Shown in pieces: positions 49,242 through 63,830 of a DNA stretch of 64,000 bases. Source of the stretch: Zootoca vivipara (lineage: Eukaryota); assembly GCF_963506605.1 (NCBI RefSeq), contig NC_083285.1:16616001-16680000 (forward strand), written 5' to 3'. Both the position numbers and the translations under genes were made by a program. The number at the start of each line of letters is the position of its first letter. Positions within the stretch are counted from its first letter, which is position 1. A model generated the notes under the pieces. It worked only from the letters and a program-made list of their open reading frames with translations, ran no database searches and was not told the DNA's origin.

Positions 49242-50168
49242 TCTACTACTGCTACTACTTCTCCTTTAATCAGCTTCACTCAGTTCACTTCTGGGTGCTG
49301 GGTGAAATTGAGAGGCGGTTTCTCTGCTACCAATATATTACTGCCATTGAATGCTAAATCTCTGCCTAAGAACATGCCTCATGTTGCACATAAGGAAGGA
49401 GTTGGTAAGAACGTTCTCTGTGACCTAGAGTTTAAGCTGGCAGAATCCCTTGACTCTGAAGGACTGGAGCGACCAATGCATGTAATCTGCTATTTTTGTT
49501 GGTTTTGACTTTCTCTGACCTTTGTTTTGTAGTACAAGCAATGCTTTCATGTCGAAGGCAGTCGTATGTGAACGGCACTCTTGACTTGGTCATAACCATT
49601 CCTTGATGTGCATTTTAATGTTTATTTTTTTGCATCCAATGAAACAGATGGTTCCGTGATTTGGGGGTATAACAACAATCTGAATTGAATGCTAATAACA
49701 TTTACCACATTTCAGCATTTCCCTGTCGAAGGCTAACGCAGGCTCTGTGATGCGCAAGAGGCTGCTTGGTGGGAAAGGGTTTCTTTTTCCGAAGTTTGTG
49801 GTGTCAGAATGGAGATCTGCGAGCATTTGTTCTCGGTCTTAAGTAAGAAAATACGATGTGCATTACTTCTGCATTCTGCCCTTCCTTCAAGGAACTTGCT
49901 GGTTGGCCACATGGCAGCCTATGGTGCATTTTAAGAGCCCACCCAAGACTGAGCTATGTACATATGGAGATTTATTACATTGAATGGTAACATCCTGCCA
50001 CTGTGGCCTGGACTCTCATAACTTATCTATGTCATGTTTGAATGTTTGTTTGTATTTTGCCATCAATATTTTTGGTACTGCTGTGGTTTCAATAACACTT
50101 TTCTGTCCTGTTGAAGTCTGTTTTAACTCTGTCCTAATAATTCACACTTAGTATTCATTGCCATAATT

Positions 50169-50204
<36 letters not shown>

Positions 50205-50885
50205 TTTCTCCCACTCTTTCAAGATACAAACTTCAGCTTTCAAAACAGCTCGTTCTCAGATTACAACCTTGTCAAGTGAGTTTCAGCACATCACCTTCCA
50301 TTTTGCCACGTTAAATTATCGTTTTCAAGTTTGGGGCTTTGACGCTCTCTCTCTTTCTCTCTCTCTTTTTAAAGCAAGCTCTCCTTTTGATCTCGATTCT
50401 ATGCCAGAACATCTCCTGCAAGTTGAGACTGGGCTAGTGAGCTCTTAAAAGTCCTCTTCCTGAATCGAAAGCCTGCATGAGAATGAAAATCTGGGGAAAT
50501 TGGAGAGAAGCGTGACTAACTCCCTCGAGGAGCTTCACGAGACAATGCATTGTAGCTTGTTGAGCTGCGTATTTCTTTGATAAGTCAAAATAATCTTTGA
50601 GAAATATGTGGACTTCTGCTATCAGGTTTCGAGAAGCTCGGAAGGAACACAACCGTCACTTGGCACAAAGCCAGGAAGAGACATTTTTTGCCTGGTGCAC
50701 CTGGGCATATGCAGCAGGTCTGGTAGAATCAGCTAATTAACAACACCGGCTTAAACAGGCACCTCATCTGGCAATGTAGTTAGTTGCCTGATGGTGCTCA
50801 GCAGGACTTGGTAGTGCTTTTTTTATTTCTCTATCCTAATGGTCTGCTGCCCACCTAATTTCGCCTTATTGTCAAGCCACTACTT

Positions 50886-51033
50886 NNNNNNNNNNNNNNN
50901 NNNNNNNNNNNNNNNNNNNNNNNNNNNNNNNNNNNNNNNNNNNNNNNNNNNNNNNNNNNNNNNNNNNNNNNNNNNNNNNNNNNNNNNNNNNNNNNNNNNN
51001 NNNNNNNNNNNNNNNNNNNNNNNNNNNNNNNNN
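50886..51033. other. Assembly gap (N)
   Basis: Run of N. Confidence 1.
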
Positions 51034-51387
51034 AACCATTTAAAAGAACTGAGAAGTAGAAAAACAATTCCAAAGCGGAGCACTGCTCAGATTTTGCTGA
51101 TGCTCTGTACATTTCTAGTGAGCTTTAAACTCACCTTTAATTGTGCCTTTTTTTCCTTTCTTTTTTTGTCCCGCATGGGTAACAAAAAGCCCCTTCATAT
51201 AAGAATCGATCAGAGGTTTTCCCCGTCGTTGGGGGTGGGGAAATAATTGCCTCCTTTTGAACGTTCTTTTGTAGCATCAGGTTTACCCCCATACGGCATG
51301 AAAGAGCAAATCTTGTAAATTTCCAAACACGTTAACAGGCTGTTGTGGGAGAAGGCGCCTCGCACGCAGGCGTGCATGTGCACAGAT

Positions 51388-51432
<45 letters not shown>

Positions 51433-51684
51433 GTGCAGTCCACCCAGTGCTGCTGAGAACAGCCACCTTTCATCTCAGTGGGGTTTGGATTGGTCCCTCA
51501 CAAGCCTTATTAAAATAAGTGGAGGTTGTGCAACCACAGGGCTTGATGAATTGCTCTCTCGGTCAATCACCTTTGAAATGTGCTTAAAAACCATCAAAAT
51601 ATTTCAAGTAAGGGCTAATAAAGACTTCCTCTCCTCGAGAATATTCACTGCCTTTCAACAAACGGAACTCGTCAGAATAAAATG

Positions 51685-51730
<46 letters not shown>

Positions 51731-52866
51731 TGTATACCACCTTTCATCTGAAGATCACAGGGCGGTTCACAACATTAAAATACAAAATGAGAACACAATA
51801 TACATAATAAAAACAGGAGCAAAAAAAAAACCAATATCCCTTAATAGTGCCTACAGAAGTTCTAGAGGATAGCAGCCCAACTCTTTATTTTACTTTTCAA
51901 TGGTGACACCATCATAGGGAAGATATAATTCTTGGACCAGCTGGTCCTGCTAGACCCTGAAAGGTAGGAGAGAGGGAAGCACTGTATGATGATGATGATG
52001 ATGATGATGATGGTGGTGATGGCTGCTCCCAACAACAAAAAATAGTAAAACACAATACTATAAAACTAGTTCATACTCTTACACAGTTATGTGCACTTTA
52101 AAATAATTCCTTATTATACTCAACTTTGCCATAATAGTTTCTGCCCTGTGTCCTGCCCTCCAAAGTGAAGTGGTTTGTGTTTAGAAGGCTTGTGATGGTT
52201 CGAGCCAAGTTGATTCTATAATCTCCCCCCCCCAAAAAAAATGGCTATGTGGGAAAGAAGAACAGTCCAATGAGGACTAAGCATACTCTAGTCACAGGCT
52301 GCCAACTGAATATTGTGGGTGGGAGAGAAAGTAAAGCGAGGGAATGGATTGGGATTTCCTGAAAAGAAGGCATCGTTCACCAACTGAACCTTGAAAAGGA
52401 ACATTCTGCATTGTGATTTCCTGTTTCTGGCTTCCACTTGTTTTGTTTTATGAATCACTGAATTGCCTCTGCAGCTTTTACATAGCTCTCAGCCTACCAG
52501 TGCTGCTTAAGTCTGTTCATGCTGCTTAAACTTCACTTGCTCAGTCTTTCAACATTCATCTCATAAGAGATTGCCATTTACTTTCCCCATTTATGCCATT
52601 CCCCCCCCCCTTAATTTAAGGTGGTTTCAGGAGATTGGGAGTATGGCCAATAGCTTGGCGATATAAGCATTGTTTATATTTCTTATGCCTTTGATTTGGA
52701 ACTGTTTTTAATTTTGCTACCCGGCCAGAATTGGTTATACATTTATATATTTTCATTTATTTATTTAACTCGTTTCTATTGCACCCTTTAGCCAAGATGG
52801 CTCCCAGAATGGCTTTAAAAAAGTCAGTACCAAGACAGTTCCTGTCCTCAGTCTTACAGTCTAAGA

Positions 52867-53119
52867 CAGGGGTCCCCAAAGTAAGGCCCGGGGGCCAGAT
52901 GCGGCCCAATCGCCTTCTCAATCCGGCCCCCGGACAGTCCGGAAATCAGCGTGTTTTTACATGAGTAGAATGTGTCCTTTTATTTAAAATGCATCTCTGG
53001 GTTATTTGTGGGGCATAGGAATTCGTTCATTTTTTTTTCTTTCAAAATATTGTCCGGCCCCCCACAAGGTCTGAGGGACAGTGGACCGGCTCCCTGCTGA
53101 AAAAGTTTGCTGACCCCTG
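52867..53119. mobile_element. hAT (Charlie/MER-like) MITE
   Basis: CAGGGGTC...GACCCCTG termini, 8-bp TSD GTCTAAGA. Confidence 0.85.
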
Positions 53120-54950
53120 GTCTAAGATATGACAAACGAGGAAGAAGGAAAAGGACGGAGGAGACGTTCTTAAAGTCGCTATAATGTGGTTACACAGTTT
53201 TGTCTGTGCAGATTCTCGGTGTCCTGTTGGGGTCCAAATGTGGGTTAGCTAGCCCAGATAGGACTCTTTCCCCCCTGTCTCTTTGTTCTTCCTTGTACCA
53301 CTGTGGTGACAAAGCTCTCAGGCCAAGAACCCACAAGGATGATTTTCTCTGACACATCCTACGTTGAGTCATGATTCAATCAGCAGGTTGCACCTTTAGA
53401 ATGAATCCTGCCACTTCCTCTTCACAAGCCTAATCATGTCATTGGCCTGACATCTTCAAACTTCCCTAGTTCTGAGGAACAATGATCCTCCAAACAATGG
53501 AAAAGTCTATATGTTGCATCCTGATAAAGAATTGCTAAGGTGTATGTTTTTTACATGAAGAGTTCCTGTCCAGTAAAACAACATTTTTCCCATGAGTCCT
53601 GTGCATTTTATAAAGATCATTCAAAAATGACATTGTAACTAACACAGAGTAGTATTTTAAAACGTGATGGTTTCTATCAGCAATTTTCAGATTTAATATA
53701 TTCATTTTGATTTAAAGTTTGAAATCAATTTTTACAACAAAATGAAGTTTTAAAGACTTAGTTTAGTATTTTTTTAAAGCTTTGATTAGAAATGTCTGTT
53801 TTACAGTCTGCGCATGGGGCAACAGTAATTAAAATGCTTTCCGTAATATTTCACAATTCCAAGGTGCTTTACAACTATTTCTGTAGCATTGCAAAACATC
53901 GGCATTCTATAGCGATATTGTGAAGTATCAGAATTTTGTAGTATATTTATACTGCATCATAGGGTTTGAGCATCACAGGTTTCAGCGTAGTTAATTGAAC
54001 ACCATTTTATAAACAAACCTACATTTTCTTTAAAATATTTAAGTGACCCTCAAGTACAACCAAAAATGTTGATTTAAAGCACCCTAGAAATGCTGGCAAG
54101 GGGCTTCATATCTTTGTCTTAAAATTAAACAAACAGTCCACATGTCATTAGGAGTAAGCAGAAAAAAGTGGGTAGTTCACAATTATAAAGAACTTTTATC
54201 AAGGGGGATTTTAAAAATGGTATTTCACCTTACTCAGATCAATGGGCTATATCCAGCCGTAATAGCTCTGAAACTGTAGGTGAATCAGTTGGAGAGTGTT
54301 AACTGGGACTGCTGCCTCCTCGTTCTGTGCAGTCAGGAAAAATCAATAGGATCTCTACCATTTGGATTGTCTTAGGTCATATTTTTTTTCCACCATGAAG
54401 TGCCAAGCGCAGGCACCATTGAGGGTTTATTGATTTCTGCATGTACTGTAAATATACACACATTTAATCAGCAGGAGAAGCTCACAGTTTCTAAAGACAA
54501 ATATGTACTACTTTACCGGTGTGCTGCTTGTATGTGTTACCTAGTTCAGAGAGAGAGAGAGAAAGAGAGAGAGGGAGAGAGAAAGGGGGAAAGCCTGCCA
54601 GTATTCATAGCAGCAGCTTTTTCATTTATGGAAGTCTTTACGGAGAAACATAATTCTTACAAAGATACCAGAGAGTGGTGGTGGATATAATCATAATTCT
54701 GTCTTAATAGCAAACTTGGGTGGGTGAATGCCAGCTGGAATGGACCCAAACTGAGGTCAATAAGAGACTAGATGGAGGTTGTATGATCAGAACCCGGAGG
54801 TATGCAGAAGTAAAAATGTTTCTGGTGTTGATTTTTACAAAACAGAAAAGGGTGGGGATATATATATATCAACAGGCACACACACACACACCGTTTCCCT
54901 ATTTTCCAGGGACAGTCCTGGATTTACAGAAGCTGTCCCAGGTTCTGATT

Positions 54951-55121
54951 TGATCCAAAAGAGGCAACACATAGACCGACGAGTAAAGGGGAAAATATAT
55001 ATGTCTTTATAAACTGCAGCAAAGCAATAGATTGTACAGCTGACTATTGCTTCGCTGCAGTTTATAAAGACATATATTTTGCCCTTTACTCGTCGGTCTA
55101 CGTGTTGCCTCTTTTGGAACA
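54951..55121. repeat. Near-perfect inverted repeat (about 78-bp arms, 13-nt loop)
   Basis: TCCAAAAGAGGCAACAC...GCAATAG / CTATTGC...GTGTTGCCTCTTTTGGA. Confidence 0.9.
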
Positions 55122-56235
55122 GGTTTGAAGTTTGCAACATGGGTTCATTTACTTAGTGCCAGGTTCTCATTTGACACTGGAATGTCCCGCTTCTTCTTAG
55201 GGCATCCCTATTTTCATTGGAGAAATGTTGGAGGGTATGGAGTTATCCAACCCCCAAGCCATCTGAAGGCTTTTAATGTTTAATGTTTTACAGTATTATG
55301 TTTTTATATGTGTTTTATATATGGGCAACCCAGCTGGCGTATAGATAGTAAAATTGTTGTTGTTGTTCTCCTACTTTTATCGGTGGAATGTTGGAGGGTA
55401 TGTATCAATGAATGTTGAACATGCCTGGTGTCCTCACGGAGCCATGGAATATTGACTGTCAGCAGAAAAAGAAAAATGTTCCCCTAGGAGAGGCTGGAAG
55501 GTGAATTCCTCGCAGCTTATAGTATCCCAGAGCTTGAAGGCCTGGCTAGCTGGCTGGCATCCAGAAGGTCAGAACTCCTGTTCTGGGGAAAAGATGCACT
55601 GCACTGCAACACAGTGTTGCAGATCTAACAGTAAACAGTGGCAGAAGGGGATGTCCCACCATTAGGGTAGCCAGTCTTTCCACTCTTTCCAGCACATGTT
55701 TGATTAAGAAATGTAATATGACATAGGTTTTTTTATTTTTTTAAAAAAAGAATAGCTTCCATAGCTATTACTGGTTTAGGGTGACCATTTATGCATCACA
55801 CAAAAAAAGGGTGCTAATTTGCAGGTGATATTGCTATGCATTTAGACATAGATACTATAACTGAAATGGAAATATGCATTGCTCCCAGGTGACCTGAGTG
55901 TGCTCAGACTGCTGCCTGGCACCTAGTGTTGGTGGGCAACGTCAAGGGCCGCCACTCGAGTTCTGTATCTTTTCTTTTATATATATTTTATTTATTTGCA
56001 TTTCAAATACAATTCAAAATTGTCACGTATTCTGTTACTTTCAAAGATACAAACATTAGTGGATTTCCCTTCCTCTCCTTCCATGGCTCCTTTTGTAATC
56101 CACTCCCTCCTGCAACTTCTTAGTTTTCCAATCCTTTCTCTTTTGCTCTTCTTATCTCTTGTTCTTACTTACACTGCTGAAATTACTAACATCCTGCTAA
56201 GTTAATTGTCTGTTTATCATAGTTTTTCCATGATA

Positions 56236-56617
56236 TGCACTCCTGTCTTCCACTGCCTCCTGAAGTTTGGTCAAACTCATGTTGGTAGCTTCGAGAACAC
56301 TGTCCAACCATCTCATCCTCTGTCGTCCCCTTCTCCTAGTGCCCTCCATCTTTCCCAACATCAGGGTCTTTTCCAGGGAGTCTTCTCTTCTCATGAGGTG
56401 GCCAAAGTATTGGAGCCTCAGCTTCACGATCTGTCCTTCCAGTGAGCACTCAGGGCTGATTTCCCTAAGAATGGATAGGTTTGATCTTCTTCTCAAGAGT
56501 CTCCTCCAGCACCATAATTCAAAAGCATCAATTCTTCGCCGATCAGCCTTCTTTATGGTCCAGCTCTCACTTCCATGCATCACTACTGGGAAAAACATAG
56601 CTTTAACTATACGGACT
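56236..56617 (-). mobile_element. BovB (RTE) LINE 3' fragment, inside an L1 remnant
   Basis: ESWTIKKADRRRIDAFELWCWRRLLR...LEKTLMLGK.EG.RRRGRQRMRWLD. Confidence 0.9.
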
Positions 56618-57184
56618 TGATGTCTTAGTCTACTGCTAATTCCGCATATTCCAACATTTTAAGGTGCCACCCTTCTTTCGTTGGTACTGCATCTGTTCTT
56701 CATTTTTCATTTTTGTGCTAGTAGCATCCTTGCAGCCATAGTCACATACATGAATAGGTTCTTCTGGTTTTTTGGGACTTTTGATATTATTATACCCAGG
56801 ACGAAAGCTGCTGGGTTTGGGAGGGAATGTTCTTTTAAACATTTTTTTTAAAGTTCATTTTATATTACTTCCTAATGATCTTAAATTACACAGCAATACC
56901 ACCACATGTGCAATACATACCTCTTTACACTTCCCACATTCCCAGTTCCGTATCTTTTTCATTGTTACAACAGAGGATGCGTTCTTTTAAAGTGGAACAC
57001 AGATATGACTACCCAATATTTGAACTTGCCATTTGACTCCTTCTGTGTTTCCTATCTTAACTGCCTTGGAGGTTTTTTCCTCTCAGTGTCAAGCGGTATA
57101 TACTTTTTAAAAATAAATAAATTACAAACAAAGGAGCTTGTGGTATAATGAATGGGAAGGGTTTCAGACAGGACAACAGATTAT

Positions 57185-57567
57185 AAGGTAAAAGGTAAAG
57201 GACCCCTGGGCGGTTAAGTCCAGTCAAAGTCGACTGTGGGGTTGCAGTGCTCATCTCGCTTTCGGGCCGAGGGAGCCGGTGTTTGTCCACAGACAACTTT
57301 CCGGGTCATGTGGCCAGTCATCATGTGATTTAGTCATCAAAACTGCTTCTGATGCAACGGAACACCATGACAGAAACCAGAGTGCACAGAAATGCTGTTT
57401 ACCTTCCCGCCGCAGTGGTACCTGATGTGCTTTCAAACTGCTAGGTTGGCAGGAGATGGGACAGAGCAACAGGAGCTCACCCCATTACGGGGATTCGAAC
57501 CACCGACCTTCTGATCTGCAAGCCCAAGAGACTCAGTGGTTTAGACCACAGAGCCACCTGCATCCCA
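57185..57567 (-). mobile_element. Sauria SINE, diverged
   Basis: aaggtaaaaggtaaag tail, B box ggattcgaacc. Confidence 0.85.
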
Positions 57568-60500
57568 TCACAGCAGAATATAATCTAAGCAAGAAGCCCA
57601 GGATACTCCTACGTATTATGTGGTTCCAATAGCAGAGATGTGCAAAAGGAACCTCATATATCGTGGCATGTGATTAAGCAAGTTAATGCCATATCTTGTT
57701 TTTTTCAGTTTGGACTAATTAGACCCATTTAAGATGGAAAGTGAATAGCAAAATATCGGCTTAGTGTGGCAAGGCAGGAGCATTTCATCAGTTGAATGTC
57801 TGCAGCAGTTTTACTCCCAGGTAAGGGATAAGTGATGGCTTCTTTAAAAGAAGATGAGACAAATTCATGGATGACATGGCTATCAATGGCTGCTAGCCAT
57901 GATGGTTGTGTTCTACTTTCACTGTTGGACACAGCAATTCTTCTGAATGACACTTGGGAACCACAGGAAGAAAGAGTGCTCTTGTGTTCAAATCCTGCTT
58001 GTGGGTTTCCCTCAGTTACATATTGAACAGCAATTAGCAAAACTGCATATATATCAGTATCTCACAAGTTCTTTGGATATTCTTTTGAGTCATAAATACC
58101 AATTGCATTGGGACATCCAGTACATATTATACTTTTGTTGTATACAGGGCTATATTTGCTTTGATTAGATTCTGTTCTCTGTATTGGGTTTTCCTCAGGC
58201 ATCCGGTTAGCTGCTGTGAAAACGGGGTGCTGAATTAGGTAATCCATTGGCTTTATCCAGCAAGCTGTTCTTATGAGGAAGGAATAATCAACTTGTGACC
58301 CTGACTGAGCACTACTGATTGGACAGCAAAAGCCATCATTATGCTTTTGTCACAATCACATCTGGGCCATTTTACAGCAAGCATCGGACTGAACAGCTCA
58401 AATCAATGGCAACAGAGGAGGCCTGCCGGATGGGCCTATAGTACAGATGTGTTGAACTCCCACCATCCTTGAGTCATTGTTCTGGCTGGAACTGTTGGGA
58501 GTTGAAGTCCAACGTATCTGGAGGGTCACAGATTCCCACCCCGCCTTCAAGGCACTCCACCATTCTTGTATCCCACATTCTTATCATTTTTCTCCTTGGG
58601 GGGAAAAATAAGAAAATTCCCCATTCTAGGCAGCCAGCAGCATCCTAAATGCTTTCCCCCCCCTAGTGTGGGGAAGCATATAAGGCTGTAACATCATCTT
58701 AGAATCTTCTTCTGGGATTGCTGTCAAGAGTCTTTTTCCCCTACAGCAGAAGATAACTGATCTTCCAAGCACCCAAATGTGATGGAAACGAACCAAGCGA
58801 CTTTTAATATAGAGAGAGTTAGATATTTAATTGCACTTAGTAAAGCTCTGTTTACTTACCCAAAGCCTCATAGTAGTACAGAACCAGTGTATTTAGGGAA
58901 GAAGAGTTCAACAGCTGTTGGAGTGGCTCTGTGCCCAAGGAGATTTGACTCCACTCCTTTTGTTTACGAAAAGAAGGGGGAGACCATCTAAGTAGAGGAG
59001 GCTGCCTTTGAATATATTTCATATTGTCGCCTTCCACCTCTTGCGGAGCTGTGTTGATTGAAAATCTCACGTAACGTTAAGTGGGCGGTTGTCTGTCTAC
59101 ATAGCAAAGCTACGGCTCGGTGTGGTGCAATATGGAAACTTTGCGGCGTTTGCTCAAGGGAGTTGCAGTACTGGAGCACAACGGGGCACTGAAGATCAGG
59201 TGCAAGGATTGGTGGAGAGGGAATTCCACATGCTACTTCTGCAAGTCCCATAGTGCAAGAAGCATCTATGTTAGCACATAATATTTAAAAGTAGAAATAA
59301 CATTGCAGGTGTCTAGGTCTGTGTCGTCGTCGTCGCCCCCCCCCCCCGGTGCAGGGTTTCGATTCCGTTCTACACCTACCATATGCATGGGAAGACCCAA
59401 GGGATAGGCAGGTCGTAAACAATGCCATTTAAAACTGCATCAATATGGTAAGCAGATTGTTTTGCTTTAATTCTGGTTTCAACATAATCCTTTAAATAGC
59501 AAGGATTTGCGCCGATTGCATTTCCACAATGAAGCTTTATTTCTACTGCCAATCTGCTCCCGGGTCAGGTTCAGTTCTGTGAATTTTGTTAATTCGCTAA
59601 CGTATCGGGCCCAAACTACCATCAGCATCTTCTGATCCTTTCTGCTCCACCTCAAATCACTGAGATCCTCTGATGGGGCAATTTTTGTGGCTCCTCACAC
59701 TTCTACTAGGGACTGAGCCTTCAGTGTGGCAGTAGAGATTCGTCAGAAATCATCCTTACCTTTTTTTTAGATGTCTCCTAAAAATGGCCTTATTCAGAAA
59801 GACCTTAGCAATGGAATTTTCTTCTTACCAACCAGTATGTATTGATGTTCTCACCAAAATTTTAATTTGCGTTTTCGCTCTTTTTGTAATTTTATCACTC
59901 CCGTTGTGATTTTGTGCAAGTGTGATTTATAAATATTTGAATGAATTGATGGATGAAGTGGGGGGTCATTGTCAGGACCCACTTCCCCTGGAACGCCATG
60001 CCCCTTGGCTTGGAGGGGGCTATATGGGGAGAAGGAGGTATTCTGAAATAATGGGTTGCAGCTCTGATCAAGCAAACCTTTGCGTCAGAGTACTTCAATG
60101 CATGCACAAGGCTCTCTGGCATGAGGTTTAGCTCTGACACAGAAGTATACAGAGTGGAGCTCCTCTTCCTAAGGAGCTTTGCTTTTGGCTGAATGTGTTT
60201 TCGTAAAAAAAAAAAAGCATGCTCATTTGTTGGTAGGCTGCCAGTTGCCCGTTTTCATCCTAAAGCAAAGGGAGGTAGCTGGGGAATGTTTTGAATGGGC
60301 TGCAAAACCAAAGCTCTCCATGCAACTCCCCTGAAAAGAGCTTTCAGCATCGTTTGGCTTCAAGGCGAAATCTCTCTCTCTTGCCCACACACCAATAGCT
60401 GCGAAGGGACTAAATCCCACTCCCAGCTAGCTATGCATCTGCTTCTGAAGCTATGGAGCATTGTTATTGGTTGGAACCATAGTAACCCAAAGGGTGAAAG

Positions 60501-63006
60501 GGTCGAGATCCTTGGAAAGCACAGATTCTTCATTTCTCCCAATCTAGTTTCCCCTTCCCTTCCATACGGAGGCCTTCTGTCCTCTAAAATCCAGTTCAGA
60601 CCATGTGAATTTGGCATCGGTGGTTAAAAGTATTTTGCATCATAAAATCACAAGGCAGTTTTTAAACACTGCTCCCGAACCTCCCTCCCCACACATTTAC
60701 ACACTCCAAATCAGCCGTACTAACAAAACAAACGTAGGGTAATTGTGTAAAATTAATTCTGACACAGGCACAGTTTTACAGGTGTGACTTAGCCTTACAC
60801 ACAAAAACGCAGTAGCGGGTGTTTTTGGTGTGTGTGTGTTTTTTTAGGCAATATTCATCTCAAGTGTATTGACTGGAGACCATCAAACTATAAATTAGCT
60901 GATCTAGGATAATTAAGGAGGTGACACACACCATAATGGAAGATTGTTGGCAGTTAATAGGCGGTTTCAATTATGAAGTTGAACTTTGCAGGGGAAGGGT
61001 AGGGGGCTTAATAGGCCATTAATTTTCAACCGCATATGCATAATGGAGAGCATCCAAATCTCTCTCTGATCACTTGCTCTTATACCTTCAATTGCACATT
61101 CATATGGACAAAACGGGTTTCTTTTTTGCGGGGAGAGAAGCCTTTTATATTCTCCCAAGCAGGCTGTTTGCTTGTTTTTCTCCTTCAGCCAAAAAAATAA
61201 AAAATAAAAATGTTTTGGGTGACCTTTAAATATTGTCTTAGGTTTTATTTTGGAGATTCAGACCTTTTGAAAGGCGTTTTAGCCAATGATTTATGAAAAT
61301 TCTATTTTATTGTAGAAAGGTGGTGAAAGGTAGAGGACAGCCTGGAATCATGCGAGAGAAACATAAATGATGTACCGTGATAATGAAGCATGTTTATGCA
61401 AAGAGGTGTGTCTGTCTAATCTGTCATTACTTGAGCCGTCCGCCATTCTTCAATTGAACCAGTTGCTCAATAGATGTGATGATCTGAAGTGCTATCTATT
61501 TATATATGTATATAGTTGCTTTGAAAACTAACATGTCCCCCCCCCGCCCCCGAATTTGGGTAGCCCTTTTGCCATCACTCTCTGCAATGCCGTCGTTTAA
61601 TATAATACTGCAAATGATAGAGACATTGTGGCTAAAATCCTAGGAGTTTTTTTAATCTCCCTGGCTGTCCCTTAATAGGCTCGGTGTCGCAAACGGACAG
61701 AGCTTCTGCTTTTTTTGTTTTTACCTGCATTTGATTAAACTAAGTTCTCTATTATCCATGCGATTGCAAACATTCTCCTCTGAATCCCTGAGCTTGTTGT
61801 TAATTCGGCCAATACAGCATTTTCACCCATCGCTAGACAACGTTGCAGCATCTAAAATAGCAAAGTCTCTTACTTAGCGGCGTGCGGTTCTGGACCTCGG
61901 CTCCTGCCATCTTAATAAAGCAGGTCTTTTCCCCCTGAATGTGTGGTTTTGCCGTTATCTAGGACTGTAACTAACACAGCGGAAGAGGATCCACTGGGAT
62001 CTTTGCGGCGCTGGTTCCTAATCATGTAATATTATTTCAAGGTTTGTGCTGTCTGCTGTCCCAGCCCTATTCATGTTGGCCCTGGCAGGATTGTGCCCTT
62101 AATTGGAGGGAAATGCAGCTCTGCTCCTCGAGAGGCAAAAGGTGCCATATTCTCCTCCCCCATCATCACCACCACCCGCCTTCCTCTTCATCAGTGACCG
62201 GTCGCCAGAAGAGCCAAGCCAAAGAAAATCCCTATGTGGTCTGGCAATTCAAAAGTAGGAATATCGGGACTCCGAGGTCTACGGCTTTGTGTATTAGTAC
62301 ATATTGAGTCTTCATTCCAGGTAGCAAACAGCTCCATTTTTTAAAAAAATCTTATATATATATATATATATATAAACTGCAATGTGTCCCCCCCCCCAAG
62401 AGACAAGTGTTCGATTTAGTAGGCTCCGTCTCAGAACGTTATAGATTAGTAGATGAGCGAGGTAGGGATTGTGAATATTGAATATATTTGTTTTGTATTT
62501 CCAATGGCTGGCCGAATAATGAAATTCCTTAACTACTTCTCTTTAACTTGGCTGAAGAAAGCTCGGTATGTTGCTAAATCTCTTTTCACCGGCACTGCCG
62601 AGAAACAACTTTAATCCTTGTTAGAAAATTGCCAAGTCTGCGGCTGACAAAGAGCTCATGCTTGTTCCATTGTTAGTCCTCCTGGGCCCTGAGAGTGGAG
62701 CCCTTTACAGCTGCGTGGATCCAGCCTGGCTCAGCTGTACTATTTAAGAGAGGAGGGTTTGTCAATTTCTATTGACAATGGAGAGAGTTTTTCAGCGCCT
62801 GTAGCAGCGTTGGACGCAGTTGGGGATCAACGCCAGCCATTCAAGCTGCACCCTCTTTCATTGCTTTGGTTTGTTAATTCAAGACTAAAGGTCCGCTGAG
62901 GGGGTTTAGGGTGTTTAAGAAAGCTGATGAACTGAAAGCGTTTACGGCCCTGGTGTGGCAATTTCCATAGTCGGTGGCAACTATTGGCACGGAGTGAGCT
63001 GTGTCC

Positions 63007-63322
63007 NNNNNNNNNNNNNNNNNNNNNNNNNNNNNNNNNNNNNNNNNNNNNNNNNNNNNNNNNNNNNNNNNNNNNNNNNNNNNNNNNNNNNNNNNNNNNN
63101 NNNNNNNNNNNNNNNNNNNNNNNNNNNNNNNNNNNNNNNNNNNNNNNNNNNNNNNNNNNNNNNNNNNNNNNNNNNNNNNNNNNNNNNNNNNNNNNNNNNN
63201 NNNNNNNNNNNNNNNNNNNNNNNNNNNNNNNNNNNNNNNNNNNNNNNNNNNNNNNNNNNNNNNNNNNNNNNNNNNNNNNNNNNNNNNNNNNNNNNNNNNN
63301 NNNNNNNNNNNNNNNNNNNNNN
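63007..63322. other. Assembly gap (N)
   Basis: Run of N. Confidence 1.
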
Positions 63323-63830
63323 TCAACCCTAGCCTTTCCTTTTTTCCCCTCTTTTTTTTTTAACTTCAAAAGAGATATTTCAAGGGAAAATGAAGTGAGT
63401 AATACATGCCCTTACAGGAGCTGTCTGAACTATGTATGGGGGGGGGGGAAGGAGGGAGAGAACAAATTTTCTTTTAAAATGGTTGGCTGCTGTCATGCAC
63501 TGGTGTGAAAAATATATATATAATATACACTTTCTGTTTTATTCCTGTGTAGGCAACAGCGCAGCAACAACAAAAAAGCAATAATGCCATAGAATTGACA
63601 TCAGGGCACAATGTAATGCCTTTTCAATTTTCCCTCCTCCAAGCTCAGGGGAATGTGATTATTTGGGGTGTCATTGAAAAGTAGTGTTGTTTTTACTGTA
63701 AGAACTTTGGAGTCTAGCAGACATCATTCATTGATACTAAATAAAAATAAAAATTGTTTGCCTTAAAAAACACAAAAAGCTTGCATACTGCCAGTGAACA
63801 TTGTTTGAGACAAATAAAGGTATAGCTTTA

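Noticed and set aside
57947-58168. ORF containing LHIYQ, as in the missing CADPS2 exon
   Set aside because: Flanking residues do not match QWY...WLTDRLDLQLHIYQLK; treated as coincidence.
50839-63508. ORFs spanning N runs, and poly-K/L/N/HT ORFs
   Set aside because: Artefacts of assembly gaps and microsatellites.
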